DNA from: Squalus acanthias
Lineage: Eukaryota
Assembly: GCA_030390025.1 (NCBI GenBank)
Contig: CM059432.1
Location: forward strand, 30,692,001-30,756,000
Direction: 5' to 3'
Length of the DNA stretch: 64,000 bases
Of this stretch, positions 13,601 through 24,730 are shown piece after piece. The stretch's first letter is position 1. Each line of letters starts with the position of its first letter. Position numbers and translations under genes: made by a program. Below the pieces are notes generated by a model. The model saw nothing but the letters and a program-made list of their open reading frames with translations, was not told the origin of the DNA and made no database searches.

Positions 13601-13869
13601 TCCTTAATAATCCTACATTGAACAGTAAAGGCAAGGTTTTAAACATTTTCATCTTCAACAGCTTGCAAACTCCATTTTGCAGTCCAACCAACTCCAATCT
13701 GGATCTAACCATTTGGTTAATTGCAACACTGATACTTAAGGGAAGATTTTGAAATGTTCACTCTCTACTGATAAGCAATTACAGCAGGGCCAATCCAATT
13801 GAACTAATTGTCTCTGGGCTAAGAAAGGGAAAAATTAGCCTGGCTTCCTGCTCTGCATAACTCTCTAGT

Positions 13870-14199
13870 GAGAAGTCGCACAACACCAGGTTATAGTCCA
13901 ACAGATTTATTTAAAATTACAAGCTTTCGGAGCTGTCGCTCCTTCTTCAGGTAGGGTAGCTGTGAGAGAATCTCCCAGAATTCACAATATAAACACAGAA
14001 AAATGTAGGGAAAGATTTGAATACATTTTTTCTGTGTTTATATTGTGAATTCTGGGAGATTCTCTCACAGCTACCCTACCTGAAGAAGGAGCGACAGCTC
14101 CGAAAGCTTGTAATTTTAAATAAATCTGTTGGACTATAACCTGGTGTTGTGCGACTTCTCATTTTTGTCCACCCCAGTCCAACGCCGGCATCTCCACAT
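13870..14199 (+). mobile_element. Non-coding Penelope family-1 fold-back insertion
   Basis: Inverted arms 13869-14007 / 14022-14161 (one 1-nt indel); ~40-bp tail; direct repeat CATAACTCTCTAGTGA at 13856-13871 and 14200-14215; arm matches the 3' end of the Penelope at 43654. Confidence 0.9.
14077..14112 (+). ncRNA. Minimal type I hammerhead ribozyme motif (mirror copy on minus strand at 13918-13953)
   Basis: UAC-CUGAAGA-A-GGAGC(GACA)GCUCC-GAAA-GC-UU-GUA: catalytic core, stem II, palindromic AGCU stem III, stem I UAC/GUA. Confidence 0.75.
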
Positions 14200-14239
14200 C
14201 ATAACTCTCTAGTGACCTCTACTGGAAATCTGTGGCTGC

Positions 14240-15421
14240 AGGTTTGAAAGGATTCGCAAAATTTCATGTGTCCACCCACCCACCGCCCCCCCCCCCCCCG
14301 AAGATTTTATTGGACTTATTAAAAGGAACCCTAGTCAGACTGAGTTTTAAAATCCAGGGCATAACAAAATGGCTGCGGTCAGACCTCGTGACCAAGAGCC
14401 TGGCAGTTTTATTTCAGACTCTGGCAAGCTATCAGCTTGTGTATTCCGATGTCTGCAGCAGGAAGTTCACGAAACCAGACAGGACCTTTCCTTATGCATT
14501 GGGGACAAACCCAATTACAATCAGGTCTACGCATAAGGCTTTCAAGGTGTTTGCTCAAATAATCAGCGGGGACATTGAGACTGGGCTGGCCCCCATCAAT
14601 GAACCTGTCGGACAAAAGGGAGCAGTTGGAGAACTGGCATGATACAATTACCGGCCATCTAACATGATGGGCCAAGATCGGAACCTTTTGTTAAAATTCA
14701 TTATGCCCAGATCAGACAATAGAAATGAGCTGATCTGGCTGGAGATTACGACAACCGGGAGGGTATAACTGGGAAGATCCAGCCACTCTCTCTCTCTCTC
14801 TCTCTCTCTGCCTCGGTACCAGGTACCCTGCCTGTCTGCTAGCAGCCAAGAAGGAAGACCATCCAGAAACTTCGTAGCCACGTTTCGACGGCAGAGACAG
14901 GGTACAGGGCCAGGTTTTCCATCCATTTCACCGGTGAGCATTATCTTCTTCTGGCTGTCACAAGACAATTTTAGTTAGGCGTAAGGGTGGGAATTAATGG
15001 GGATATTGCTAAAATTGTAATTTTAGGATTTTCCCTCGATGTGTCCGTTCTCCTCCCCAGTTAAGTGTAAAACCATACTGCATAGTGATTTTGTTTTCTT
15101 CATATAATACGGTTTCTCTGTAGTTTTACTTCTGTAAATAAACATTGGTTTTCCTTGCACCAATCCACAGGTCTGTTCGTTTGTCCTAATCGCCGCTCGA
15201 TAAGTCCTGGGCTCAGAACTAGGAAGGGGATAGCGATTCGCAACCGCACAGCAGGCAGAACAGCCCAGGAAAACATAACTGGCTGACCTACAAATAAGCC
15301 CCTGAGACAAAAACCCCTTACAGTTGAGCATAGGACAACAGCAATCGGAATGTTTTGCTTCATTCGCCAAAGTTTAAGAAGAGTGGCGAGTTCACCTATA
15401 TCCCCCAGTTGATTTTCTCAA
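14240..15421 (+). mobile_element. Unclassified ~1.2-kb insertion with LTR-like layout
   Basis: Interrupts the AmnSINE2-like remnant; ends GGTTTGA...TCAAACC; TATAA (~14764), (TC)n, AATAAA (~15138); no TSD seen. Confidence 0.35.
14786..14809. repeat. (TC)n microsatellite
   Basis: Direct reading. Confidence 0.9.
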
Positions 15422-15524
15422 ACCGGGCTCAGCTATAGTGGCCTTCATGGTTAAATAGCCTGCTGAAATCCACTGCCTAGACTCACACATGGGCATTTTG
15501 ATGAGCCACTTGAGTGCCTGGTAT

Positions 15525-15937
15525 CAGCCTGTCTCAATGGTACTTCTCTTGACTTTGTGTTAGAATGTCACTGATAGCTGATACTTCAGTGCAGCTCTAA
15601 GGGAGGACTACATTGTTGAAGGTACTGTCTTTCAGATGAGATGTTAAACCAAGAATTCTTCTGCCTCTTCAGGTGAATGTAAACGATCCCATGGCACTAT
15701 CTGAAGAAGGGAGTTCTCCCAGTGTCCTGGCCAACATTTATCCCTCAACCAACACCACCAAAACAGATTAACTGGCTATTCATCTCATTCCTGTTCAGGA
15801 GACATTGCTGTGTGCAATTTGATTGTTGCATTTGCCTATAAAACAACAGTGAATGCACTTTAGAAAGTAATTCATTGGTTGTGAAACACTTTGGGATGTC
15901 CTGAGGCCATTCTTCCAAGTTCTTTCTTCTTTTCTTT
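15525..15937 (+). mobile_element. Deu-domain SINE, decayed
   Basis: Core GATGAGATGTTAAACC...GATCCCATGGCACTAT...CCTGGCCAACATTTATCCCTCAACC. Confidence 0.8.
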
Positions 15938-16894
15938 CAGCACCTGTAGAACCATCTCCCAGCATTAGTCAGCACCTTCAGGAGAGGAAGGGAGAAAATT
16001 GGAATATACAAATCCTGATTGTTTGTTGAGTGAAATTGGCCTGCATTCAGATACTGAAATATTTTCCAATCTTTTGCTTATATGCTTAGCATTTGCAGTG
16101 TCACTGTTAGTGAATCAAACATTTTTAACCCATTGCCAGTACGAAAGGGTTCCTGTTGCCTCACAGGCTCTTGGAGCAAGACTATCTCCCTTTTACCAAG
16201 TTCTAAAGGTTCCCAGGGCAGAGACGAGTAAAGCAAAACCAGTATATTGGGATGCAGAAGCAGGTTAGCAGTGACTGCGGCAAGCTGCTCTCCAGGAGGG
16301 AGCACAGCCATCACTCCTGATTCACTCATAAGTTCTGCAATGTGTAGCAAATTTAACTTGACAAGAGACACAACGAGGCCTGTTTTAGCAAGCTCCACGT
16401 GCATAGAGCTGAGCAAAGCAGAGTTAAATCAATTAACTAAATTCAAACCATTTTGTAATACAACAACATTGTCAGTTAAGAAAGAAAGACTTCCAGTTAT
16501 GTATCACCTTTCATGACTTCAGGACGTCCCAAAGCACTTTACAGCCAATGAAGTACTTTTGAAGTGTAGTCACTGTTGTAATGTAGGTGAACCAGCTTGC
16601 TATAGCGTTGCACACTATTACATCTGGTTATAGTACGCATGCTTTCAGCTGATACAAAGCGTGAGAGCTGTGAGTTGGAAAATAGGATAAAGAGACTGAG
16701 CAGCTGGAATTGCTCCTGTTGCTAATAGTACAAATTCGCACTCATGGTGTAGAGCTTCGCCCATTGGGAGCGCATATCAGAAATTCAGCTGCGGAGGCCT
16801 GCGGCTCCACAGGATTTTCCGTTCATTAATTTTTCGGGACAGAAACTTGTGCAGTATGCACTGACCTCCACACAAATTTGGAAAATTGCCCTTC

Positions 16895-17275
16895 AGCTGT
16901 CAACTTGGCTCAGGGGTCGCTTAAGATAAGCCTCACTCCAGGATTTGAGCATATAAGTCAAAAGATTCTGGGATTGCAGCCCCATGCTAAGACTTGAGCA
17001 TATAATCTAAGCTGACACTTCAGTGCAGTTCTGAGGTAGTGATGCCTTATTGGATGTGCCATGCTTCAGATAAAGTGTTAAACCAAGGCCCTTTTTAATT
17101 ATTGAAGTGGACGTTAAAGATCCCAATGACATTATGTGCTGGCCATTTCTCTCATTGGTAGGATCTTTCTGTGTGTGAAATGTCTGCCACTTTAACAGCA
17201 GTTGCTGTATGTGAAGAGCCTTGAGATATTTTGAGAGATGTGATAAGCTGATATGTAAATGCAAGTTTGTTTGTC
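16895..17275 (+). mobile_element. Deu-domain SINE, decayed and internally deleted
   Basis: CTAAGCTGACACTTCAGTGCAG, GTGGACGTTAAAGATCCCA and AAATGCAAGT segments. Confidence 0.6.
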
Positions 17276-17541
17276 TTTAGCTATTGACAGGAGGAGTTTA
17301 TCCCTCTTGAGTTGCTAGTTATAGTCATATCAAACGTAAGGTTATGCTCGAGTTTATCAGTAAAACTCTCATAGGACAGTCTACAACATGGTTACTTTCA
17401 CCTGTAGTCCTGGAGCTTCCACACATTTCAGAGCCATCTACAATGCTTCATTTATTGGCTTCTTTTCCTACTGTAACTATAACTCTACCTGTGAGTCCTG
17501 CTGAATGCCCAACCTTGATATATCAGTGCCTGACATTCTTT

Positions 17542-20000
17542 CATAGATACATAGATACATAGAAGATAGGAGCAGGAGTAGGCCATCCGGCCCTTCGAGC
17601 CTGCTCCGCCATTTAATGAGATCATGGCTGATCCTTCAATTCAGTATCCCGTCCCCGCCTTCTCTCCGTAACCCTTAACCCCTTTTGCCTGTAGAAATAT
17701 ATCTAATTCCCTCTTAAATATATTTAATGAGCTGGCGTACACTGCCCTCTGTGGCAATGAGTTCCACAGGTTCACCACTCTCTGAGTGAAGAAATTCCCC
17801 CTCATTTCTGTCCTAAATGGTTTAGCCCTTATCCTTAAATTATGTCCTCTAGTTCTGTTCTCACCCGCCAAGGGAAACATTCCTTCTGCATCTAATCTGT
17901 CTAGACCTGTCAGAATTTTATACACTTCTATGAGGTCCCCTCTCAATCTTCTAAACTCCAGTGTGTACATCCCTAAACTACATAGTCTCTCCTCATAGGT
18001 CAATCCCGCCATTCCTGGTATCAGCCTGGTGAATCGCCGCTGCACCCCCTCCATGGCAAGAACATCTTTCCTCAGATGAGGCGACCAAAACTGTACACAG
18101 TACTCGAGGTGTGGTCTCACCAGTGCCCTGTACAGCTGCAGCAAGGTATCCCTGTTCCTGTATTCCAACCCTTTTGCTATGAAGGCCAGCATACCGTTTG
18201 CCTTCTTGACCGCCTGTTGCACCTGCATGCTCGCCTTCAGTGACTGGTGTACAAGAACACCCAGGTCTCTCTGTACTTCCCCCTCTCCCAATTTATTGCC
18301 ATTTAAATAATAATTTGCCCTCCCGTTCCTGCACCCAAGGTGGATAACTTCGCACTTGTCCACATTATAGTGCATCTGCCATTTATCCGCCCAATCACCC
18401 AGTCTGTCCAAATCGCTCTGGAGCTTCCTGGTCTCCTCCTCTGAGCCCACCCCCCCTCCTAGTTTAGTGTCGTCTGCAAATTTGGAAATGCTGCATTCGA
18501 CTCCCTGATCCAGGTCATTAATATAAATTGTGAACAGCTGGGGACCCAGGACAGATCCCTGTGGTACCCCACTTGTTACTGCCTGCCATTCAGAAAATGA
18601 GCCGTTTATTCCAACTCTCTGTTTTCTATCTGACAGCCAGTTCTCTATCCACGTCAATACTTTCCCCTTTATCCCATGAGCTTCAATTTTCCATGCTAAT
18701 CTTTTATGTGGGACCTTATCGAAGGCCTTTTGGAAGTCCAGGTACACCACATCTACTGGCTCTCCCCCATCTATTTTACCAGTTACTCCCTCAAAAAATT
18801 CCAATAGATTAGTCAAGCACGATTTACCCTTTGTAAATCCATGTTGACTCTGTCCTATCCTGTCCCCATTTGCTAAGTGCTCGGCTATTTCATCCTTAAT
18901 GATGGACTCCAGCATTTTGCCCACAACTGATGTAAGGCTTACAGGTCTGTAATTACCTGCTTTTTCCCTACCCCCCTTTTTGAATAGTGGGGTAACGTTA
19001 GCTACCCTCCAATCCATGGGCACTGTTCCCGAGTCTAATGAATTCTGAAAAATCATGCTTAGTGCATCCGCTATCTCTAGGGCCACCTCCTTCAGTACCC
19101 TAGGATGCATGTTATCAGGCCCTGGGGATTTGTCCGCCTTCAATCCCTTTAGCTTCCTTAACACCATATCCTTAGAGATATTGATTTGCGTCAGTTCCTC
19201 CTTTGCCAATGTCCCTATTTTTCCCGATATCCCAGGGAGGTTTTTTGTGTCTTCCTTCGTAAAGACTGACCCAAAGTATGCATTTAGTTGGTCTGCCATT
19301 TCCTTATTTCCCATTATATATTCCCCCGTATCTGACTGCAATGGACCAACTTTGGTTTTCACCAGTCTTTTCCTCTTGATATACTTATAAAAGCTTTTGG
19401 AGTTAGTTTTTATATTTTCCGCCAGCTTGCTTTCGTAAGCTATTTTGCCCTTCTTGATTAAGCCCTTTGCCCTCCTTTGCTCTATCTTAAACTGTTCCCA
19501 ATCTTCCGCTCTGGCGCGTTTTTTGGCTATTTTATACGCCCTATCTTTGGATTTTATGCTGTCTCTAATTTCCCCTGTTATCCACGGTTGAGTCACCTTT
19601 TTAGATTTCCTTTTATGCCAGATTGGTATAAACAATTTTTGCAATTTTGTCATTCTATCTTTAAATGCTTGCCATTGTTTATCTACCTCCAGTCCTCCCA
19701 GGAACGTTGTCCAATCAGACCTACTCAGTTCCCGTCTAATGGCATCATAATTCCCCTTGTTTAAATTCAGGACCTGAGTCTCTGAGTCAATTTCTTCGCT
19801 CTCCATTTCGAGTGAGAAATCGATCATGTTATGATCGCTCTGACCCAAGGGTCCCCGTACAACAAGATTACTAATTAGTCCCTTCTCATTGCACAGTACC
19901 CAGTCCAATATAGCCTGTTCCCGAGTTGGTTCCTCGACATATTGATCCAGATAACCATCCCTTAAACACTCAAGGAATTCCTCCTCCTCATTATTTCACT
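17542..20000 (-). mobile_element. Young 5'-truncated CR1 LINE
   Basis: Tandem TATCTATG-type tail, 3' UTR and uninterrupted ORF2; breaks off inside the endonuclease region near 20000. Confidence 0.95.
17641..19908 (-). CDS. CR1 ORF2 reverse transcriptase, partial (755 aa open, N-terminus missing)
   Basis: [67 protein letters not shown] in one frame. Confidence 0.9.
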   Translation of the reverse strand: MDWVLCNEKGLISNLVVRGPLGQSDHNMIDFSLEMESEEIDSETQVLNLNKGNYDAIRRELSRSDWTTFLGGLEVDKQWQAFKDRMTKLQKLFIPIWHKRKSKKVTQPWITGEIRDSIKSKDRAYKIAKKRARAEDWEQFKIEQRRAKGLIKKGKIAYESKLAENIKTNSKSFYKYIKRKRLVKTKVGPLQSDTGEYIMGNKEMADQLNAYFGSVFTKEDTKNLPGISGKIGTLAKEELTQINISKDMVLRKLKGLKADKSPGPDNMHPRVLKEVALEIADALSMIFQNSLDSGTVPMDWRVANVTPLFKKGGREKAGNYRPVSLTSVVGKMLESIIKDEIAEHLANGDRIGQSQHGFTKGKSCLTNLLEFFEGVTGKIDGGEPVDVVYLDFQKAFDKVPHKRLAWKIEAHGIKGKVLTWIENWLSDRKQRVGINGSFSEWQAVTSGVPQGSVLGPQLFTIYINDLDQGVECSISKFADDTKLGGGVGSEEETRKLQSDLDRLGDWADKWQMHYNVDKCEVIHLGCRNGRANYYLNGNKLGEGEVQRDLGVLVHQSLKASMQVQQAVKKANGMLAFIAKGLEYRNRDTLLQLYRALVRPHLEYCVQFWSPHLRKDVLAMEGVQRRFTRLIPGMAGLTYEERLCSLGMYTLEFRRLRGDLIEVYKILTGLDRLDAEGMFPLAGENRTRGHNLRIRAKPFRTEMRGNFFTQRVVNLWNSLPQRAVYASSLNIFKRELDIFLQAKGVKGYGEKAGTGY

Positions 20001-20289
20001 ATATGGAATTCCTACAGAGCTCACTGGGGTAAACAGGTTCTGTGAGAGAGATTAAACTTGAAATATTTCTTGACCGCTTTGAAATGTTTTCATTTAAAAA
20101 TTAAATGAATGGACAGAAAAATCAGTTTGGCTCTGTTACACGCATGCGATCCCGCCCAGGGATTGCTTTACACCCAAGTGCTAAAGAGGAACATCTACCC
20201 CAGTAAGTCATATTTCATATTATTATATTGGCTTCTGGGATTTTTTTTTTACCATCATTTTGAGGTTGCATACTGAATTCCATCTTCCA

Positions 20290-22510
20290 GCAAAGAGAGG
20301 GCATGAAAAAATATTGGCACGTAAAATCAAGGAAAACCCAAAGATATTTTAAAAATACATGAAGAGCAAGAGGATAACTAAAGAAAGAGTCGGGCCTATT
20401 AGAGACCAAGAAGGTAAACTGTGTTGAGGCGGATGACGTGGATATGGTTCTTAATGAATACTTTGCGTCTGTCTTCACAGAAGAGAGGGACAATGCAGAC
20501 ATTATAATTAAGGAGAAGGAGTGTGAAATATTAGATGTGATAAACATAGTGAGAGAGGAAATATTAAGGGATTTAGCATCTTTGAAAGTAGATAAATCGC
20601 CAGGCCCAGATGAAATGTATCCCAGGTTGTTAAGAGAAGCAAGGGAGGAAATAGCGAAGGCTCTGACCTTCATTTTTCAATCCTCTCTGGCTACAGGTAT
20701 GGTGCAGGAGGATTGGAGGATTGCTAACATTGTACTGTTGTTTAAAAAGGGAGAAAGGGATAGACCAAGTAATTACAGGCCAGTCAGTCTAACCTCGGTG
20801 GTGGGCAAATTATTGGAAAAAATTCTGAGGGATTAATCATCATTTAGAAAGGCACGGATTAATCAAGGACAGTCAGCATGGATTTGTTAAGGGAAGGTCA
20901 TGTCTGACTAACTTGATTGAATTTTTTGAGGAGGTAACAAGGACGGTTGATGAGGGAAGCGCGTTTGATGTAGTCTACATGGATTTTAGCAAGGCTTTTG
21001 ACAAGGTCCCGCATGGCAGACAGGTCAAAAAAGTAAAAGCCCATGAGATCCAAGGGAAAGTGGCAAGTTGGAACCAAAGTTGGCTCAGTGGCAAGAAGCA
21101 AAGGGTAATGGTTGACTGGTGTTTTTGTGACTGGATGGCTGTTTCCAGTGGGGTTCTGTAGGGCTCAGTAGTCCCTTGCTTTTTGTAGTATATATGAATG
21201 ATTTAGACATCAATGTAGGGGACATGATTAAGAAATTTGCAGATACAAAAATTGGTCGTGTGGTTGATAGTGAGGAAGAAAGCTGTAGACTGCAGGAAGA
21301 TAACAATGGGCTGGTCAAGTGGGCAGAAAAGTGGCAAATGGAATTTAATCCGGAGAAATGCGAGGTAATTCATTTGGGGAAGGCAAACAAGGCAAGGGAA
21401 TACACAATAAATGGTAGGATACTGAGAAGTGTAGCAGAACAGAAGGACTTTGGAGTGCATGTCCACAGATTCCTGAAGGTAGCAGGACAGGTAGATAAGG
21501 TGGTTAAGAAGGCATGCAGGATACTTTCCTTTATTAGCCGAGGCATAGAATATAAAAGCAGGGAGGTTATGCTTGAACCGTATAAAACATTAGTTAGGCC
21601 ACAGCTAGAGTATTGCGTACAGTTCTGGTCACCCCATTACAGGAAAGATGTGATTGCACTAGAAAGGGCACAGAAGAGATTTACGATGATGTTGCCAGGA
21701 CTGGAGAATTTTAATTATGAGGAAAGATTGGATAGGCTGATGTTGTTTTCTTTGGAACAGAGGAGGCTGAGTGGAGACTTAAGTGAAGTGTATAAAATTA
21801 TGAGGGGTCCAGATAGAGTGGATAGAAAGGACCTATTTCCCTTAGCAGACAGAAAAGAAAGAAAGACTTGCATTTATACAGCACCTTTCACGACCACCGG
21901 ACATCTCAAAGCACTTTACAGCTAATGAAGTACTTTTGAAGTGTAATCACTGTTGTAATGTGGAAAATGCAGCAGCCAATTTGCGCACAGCAAGCTCCCA
22001 CAAACAGCAATGTGAAAATGACCAGATAATCTGTTTTTTTTTTGTTATGTTGGTTGAGGGAGAAATATTGGCCAGGACACCGGGGATAACTCCCCTACTC
22101 TTCTTCAAAATAGTGCCATGGGATCTTTTACGTCCACCTGAGAGGGCAGACGGGGCCTCGGTTTAACGTCTCATCTGAAAGATGGCACCTCCGACAGTGC
22201 AGCACTCCCTCAGCACTGCACTGGAGTGTCAGCTTCGCTTTATGTGTGCAAGCCCCTCGAGTTGGACTTGAACTCACAACCTTCTGACTCAGAGGCAAGT
22301 GTGCTACCAACTGAGCCACAGCAGACAGGTCAATAGCCAGGGGGCATAGATTTAAAGTCATTGGTAGAAGGATCAAAGGGGAGTTGAGGATAATTTTTTT
22401 CACCCAGAGGGTGGTTGGGGTCTGGAACTCACTGCCTGAAAGGGTGGTAGAGGCAGAAAACCTCATTGCATTTAAAAAGTACTTGGATATGCACTTGAAG
22501 TGCCGTAACC
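20290..22510 (+). mobile_element. Decayed CR1 LINE (different subfamily), split by a SINE
   Basis: ORFs 20438-20836, 20913-21161, 21176-21925 and 22384-22575 carry RT motifs with stops and frameshifts. Confidence 0.92.
21853..22319 (-). mobile_element. Full-length Deu-domain tRNA SINE
   Basis: A-box TGGCTCAGTTGG, B-box GAGTTCAAGTCC, Deu core, L2-type tail; TSD AGCAGACAG (21844-21852, 22320-22328). Confidence 0.9.
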
Positions 22511-23218
22511 TATCTGCCAATGAGACATCAGAGATAAAGCGACCCTTTCCAAACCTCCAAGGCCGCAAAATTTAAACTGGACAACCCAGCAAATATAAGT
22601 ACAAATAGGACACAGTTGCCTGGGCTTCAAGGGACAGATTGCCGAGGATTTTGGGAACCAAATATGGTCTAAAGGACTCTCCCGCCCAAATCTAACTACA
22701 CGTATTTATAAGAGAATGGTACTGGATAAAGAATGTATACAAGGCAGCATACATTTCTCATTGTTAATATCCTCCTGCCTCGTTAATAATCTAATCTTTT
22801 TACTGATTAACTCTTCATACACATATTTACAGGTCAGGCTGATGATTGGCTGACATCAGCCCTGGATTCTCGAATTAGTGGCTCGAATCAGTGGATGCTG
22901 ATCTGAAGTATTAACAAGTACTCAGCACCAGAAGGCTGCTGCTGTGAAGCTAAAGTCAGCATCTGACATACTTTCTAAACTATATAAAACAGGCTTAAAA
23001 GCTGAGCTTGTCTGGGGACCAGCAGTCAGCAGATAAACATATCAAAGAGATTTTTCACTTAACCTTTACATGTTGATGCTGATGAGTATCAGGGTCCAAT
23101 TGAGCTGCACGATAACTGATCAAGTGCTGGCGTTATGCTGGAAATTTGCATCAACAAAATGATCAATAACCTGGCCATGCTTATGAGACAGCCATGGCAA
23201 TCCTTCAAACATGTCACT

Positions 23219-23369
23219 GGAGGTTATTTTCACCTTCGCTGCCTGGGTGGTAATTTGGCGGATCGCCCGCCCATTATACAGCCCGCTCAGTTCTTGGGTG
23301 GGTTCCACAACCAGTACTTGGTCCATTCCACCAGATTACCTACCTGCCAATGAAGGCGGAAATTATTCC
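23219..23369. mobile_element. Short MITE-like remnant
   Basis: Imperfect TIRs GGAGGTTATTTTCACCTTC / GAAGGCGGAAATTATTCC. Confidence 0.45.
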
Positions 23370-24730
23370 AATCATTACAACAGCAACTACTTGTATTTGT
23401 ACACACCCATCGTAAGAAAAGAACATCTCAGAGTGATTAATAAGTGTGCGCGGAGAAATCGCTGAGCAGGATATCGGAATGATTAAATAGCGGAGGAAAC
23501 CGAAGGCACGGTTGAAGAAATAGGTTTTTGGTAGAATTTTGAAAGAAGGCAGAGAGTTTATGGGCTTAAAATGGTTGAAAATAATTGCCATTTGGTTTTC
23601 AGCCAATCATAGATCAAATGGACAGTAGGATACTGGGGATGAGCAAAAAGGGCATTTAAGAGCTTTAAACTTTTTTAAAAAGCGGAAATATAACATATAA
23701 CAATTAGAGTACAAGAAATATGGAGTAAAACAGTGAGACTGCGGGCCTGGCACTGAGCCTTGCTCAATAGGAGCATGGGTCACAGATAGGCCATATCTGC
23801 GATCCGTGTTCCCATCCAGCAAGGCCCTGTGTTGAGAGTACAGCCTCACTGAATGGACCCTCCCAGTTGGCGGCTAGGAGTGCAGTTGTAGCCCTTGAGC
23901 TGCACTCCAATGGATGGGCCTGTGCCAGGAGTGAGCCTGAACCATGCAAATTCCCCGGGACAGGAAATTCAAGGTCACATCCCCTCTCACAGGTGCAACA
24001 TACCTCAGGTCCACTGCTCTTTTCGAGTGGGAGGCCCCAGAGGAAAGTACCCTTCTATTTTTTTTGGTGGTGGTGTTGGTTGGTGGAGGAATGTGGCAGG
24101 GGAGATGACACATCGAGCTGAACCACTGGAACAGATCGATGGGACCTCAGTTTAATGAATCATATTGGACAGCACTTCTAAAGAAAGAAAGAACTCACAT
24201 TTATATAGCACCTTTCATCATGTCCCAAAGTGCTTCACAGCCAATGAGGTACTTTTGAAGTGTAGACACGGTTGTAATGTAGGAATGACAATGTAGCACT
24301 CATTGAGTACTGCACTACAGTGCCAGCTTAGATGACATTCTGAAAATCCTGATATTGTACTTGAACTCACAGGGCTAGAAATCCATTATAGCCAAAGAAT
24401 GGGCGGTGTCAGTAGAAAAGTTGGAGAATTAGCGCCAGGCGCTAGTGCTTTAGACTGCATGCAAAATTCATGCTCACTGCTCAAAAAAATGATTGGAGTC
24501 CTAATTCAAGTCTTAAAACCCAGGCTCATTGGCGTTAAACTCAAAGGGTGGACCAATATCAGATGCAGTCTAATAGCAAGTCATGATTACCACAGGCTTT
24601 TTTCACTACTTAAAGGGGAGATTCATTGATGCTGCAGCACCTCATTCTCAGCATTGCTGGCTGTGCAGCTACCTCAGCAAACAGAAGCAGGACAAGAAGA
24701 AGGAGCCAGAGGACTGAACCAGGTGTGCTC

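Larger units (their letters stand above)
13780..16002 (+). mobile_element. Fragmented AmnSINE2-like SINE remnant (~13780-13869, 14200-14235, 15422-15525, 15940-16002)
   Basis: GGGAAAAATTAGCC...CCTGCTC, AATAGCCTGC...CTCACACATG and AGTCAGCACCTTCAGGAGAGG match my recollection of the AmnSINE2 consensus, in order; not aligned. Confidence 0.45.

Noticed and set aside
13869..14161. Long perfect palindromes as assembly artefact, CRISPR array or pre-miRNA
   Set aside because: Flanking TSDs, a one-sided tail and a match to a Penelope terminus indicate real insertions; there is no repeat-spacer array
15999..16516. Short ORFs in non-repeat sequence (also 11302-11641, 30685-30879, 58298-58564)
   Set aside because: No recognisable domain and no convincing acceptor/donor pairs; a small host exon cannot be fully excluded
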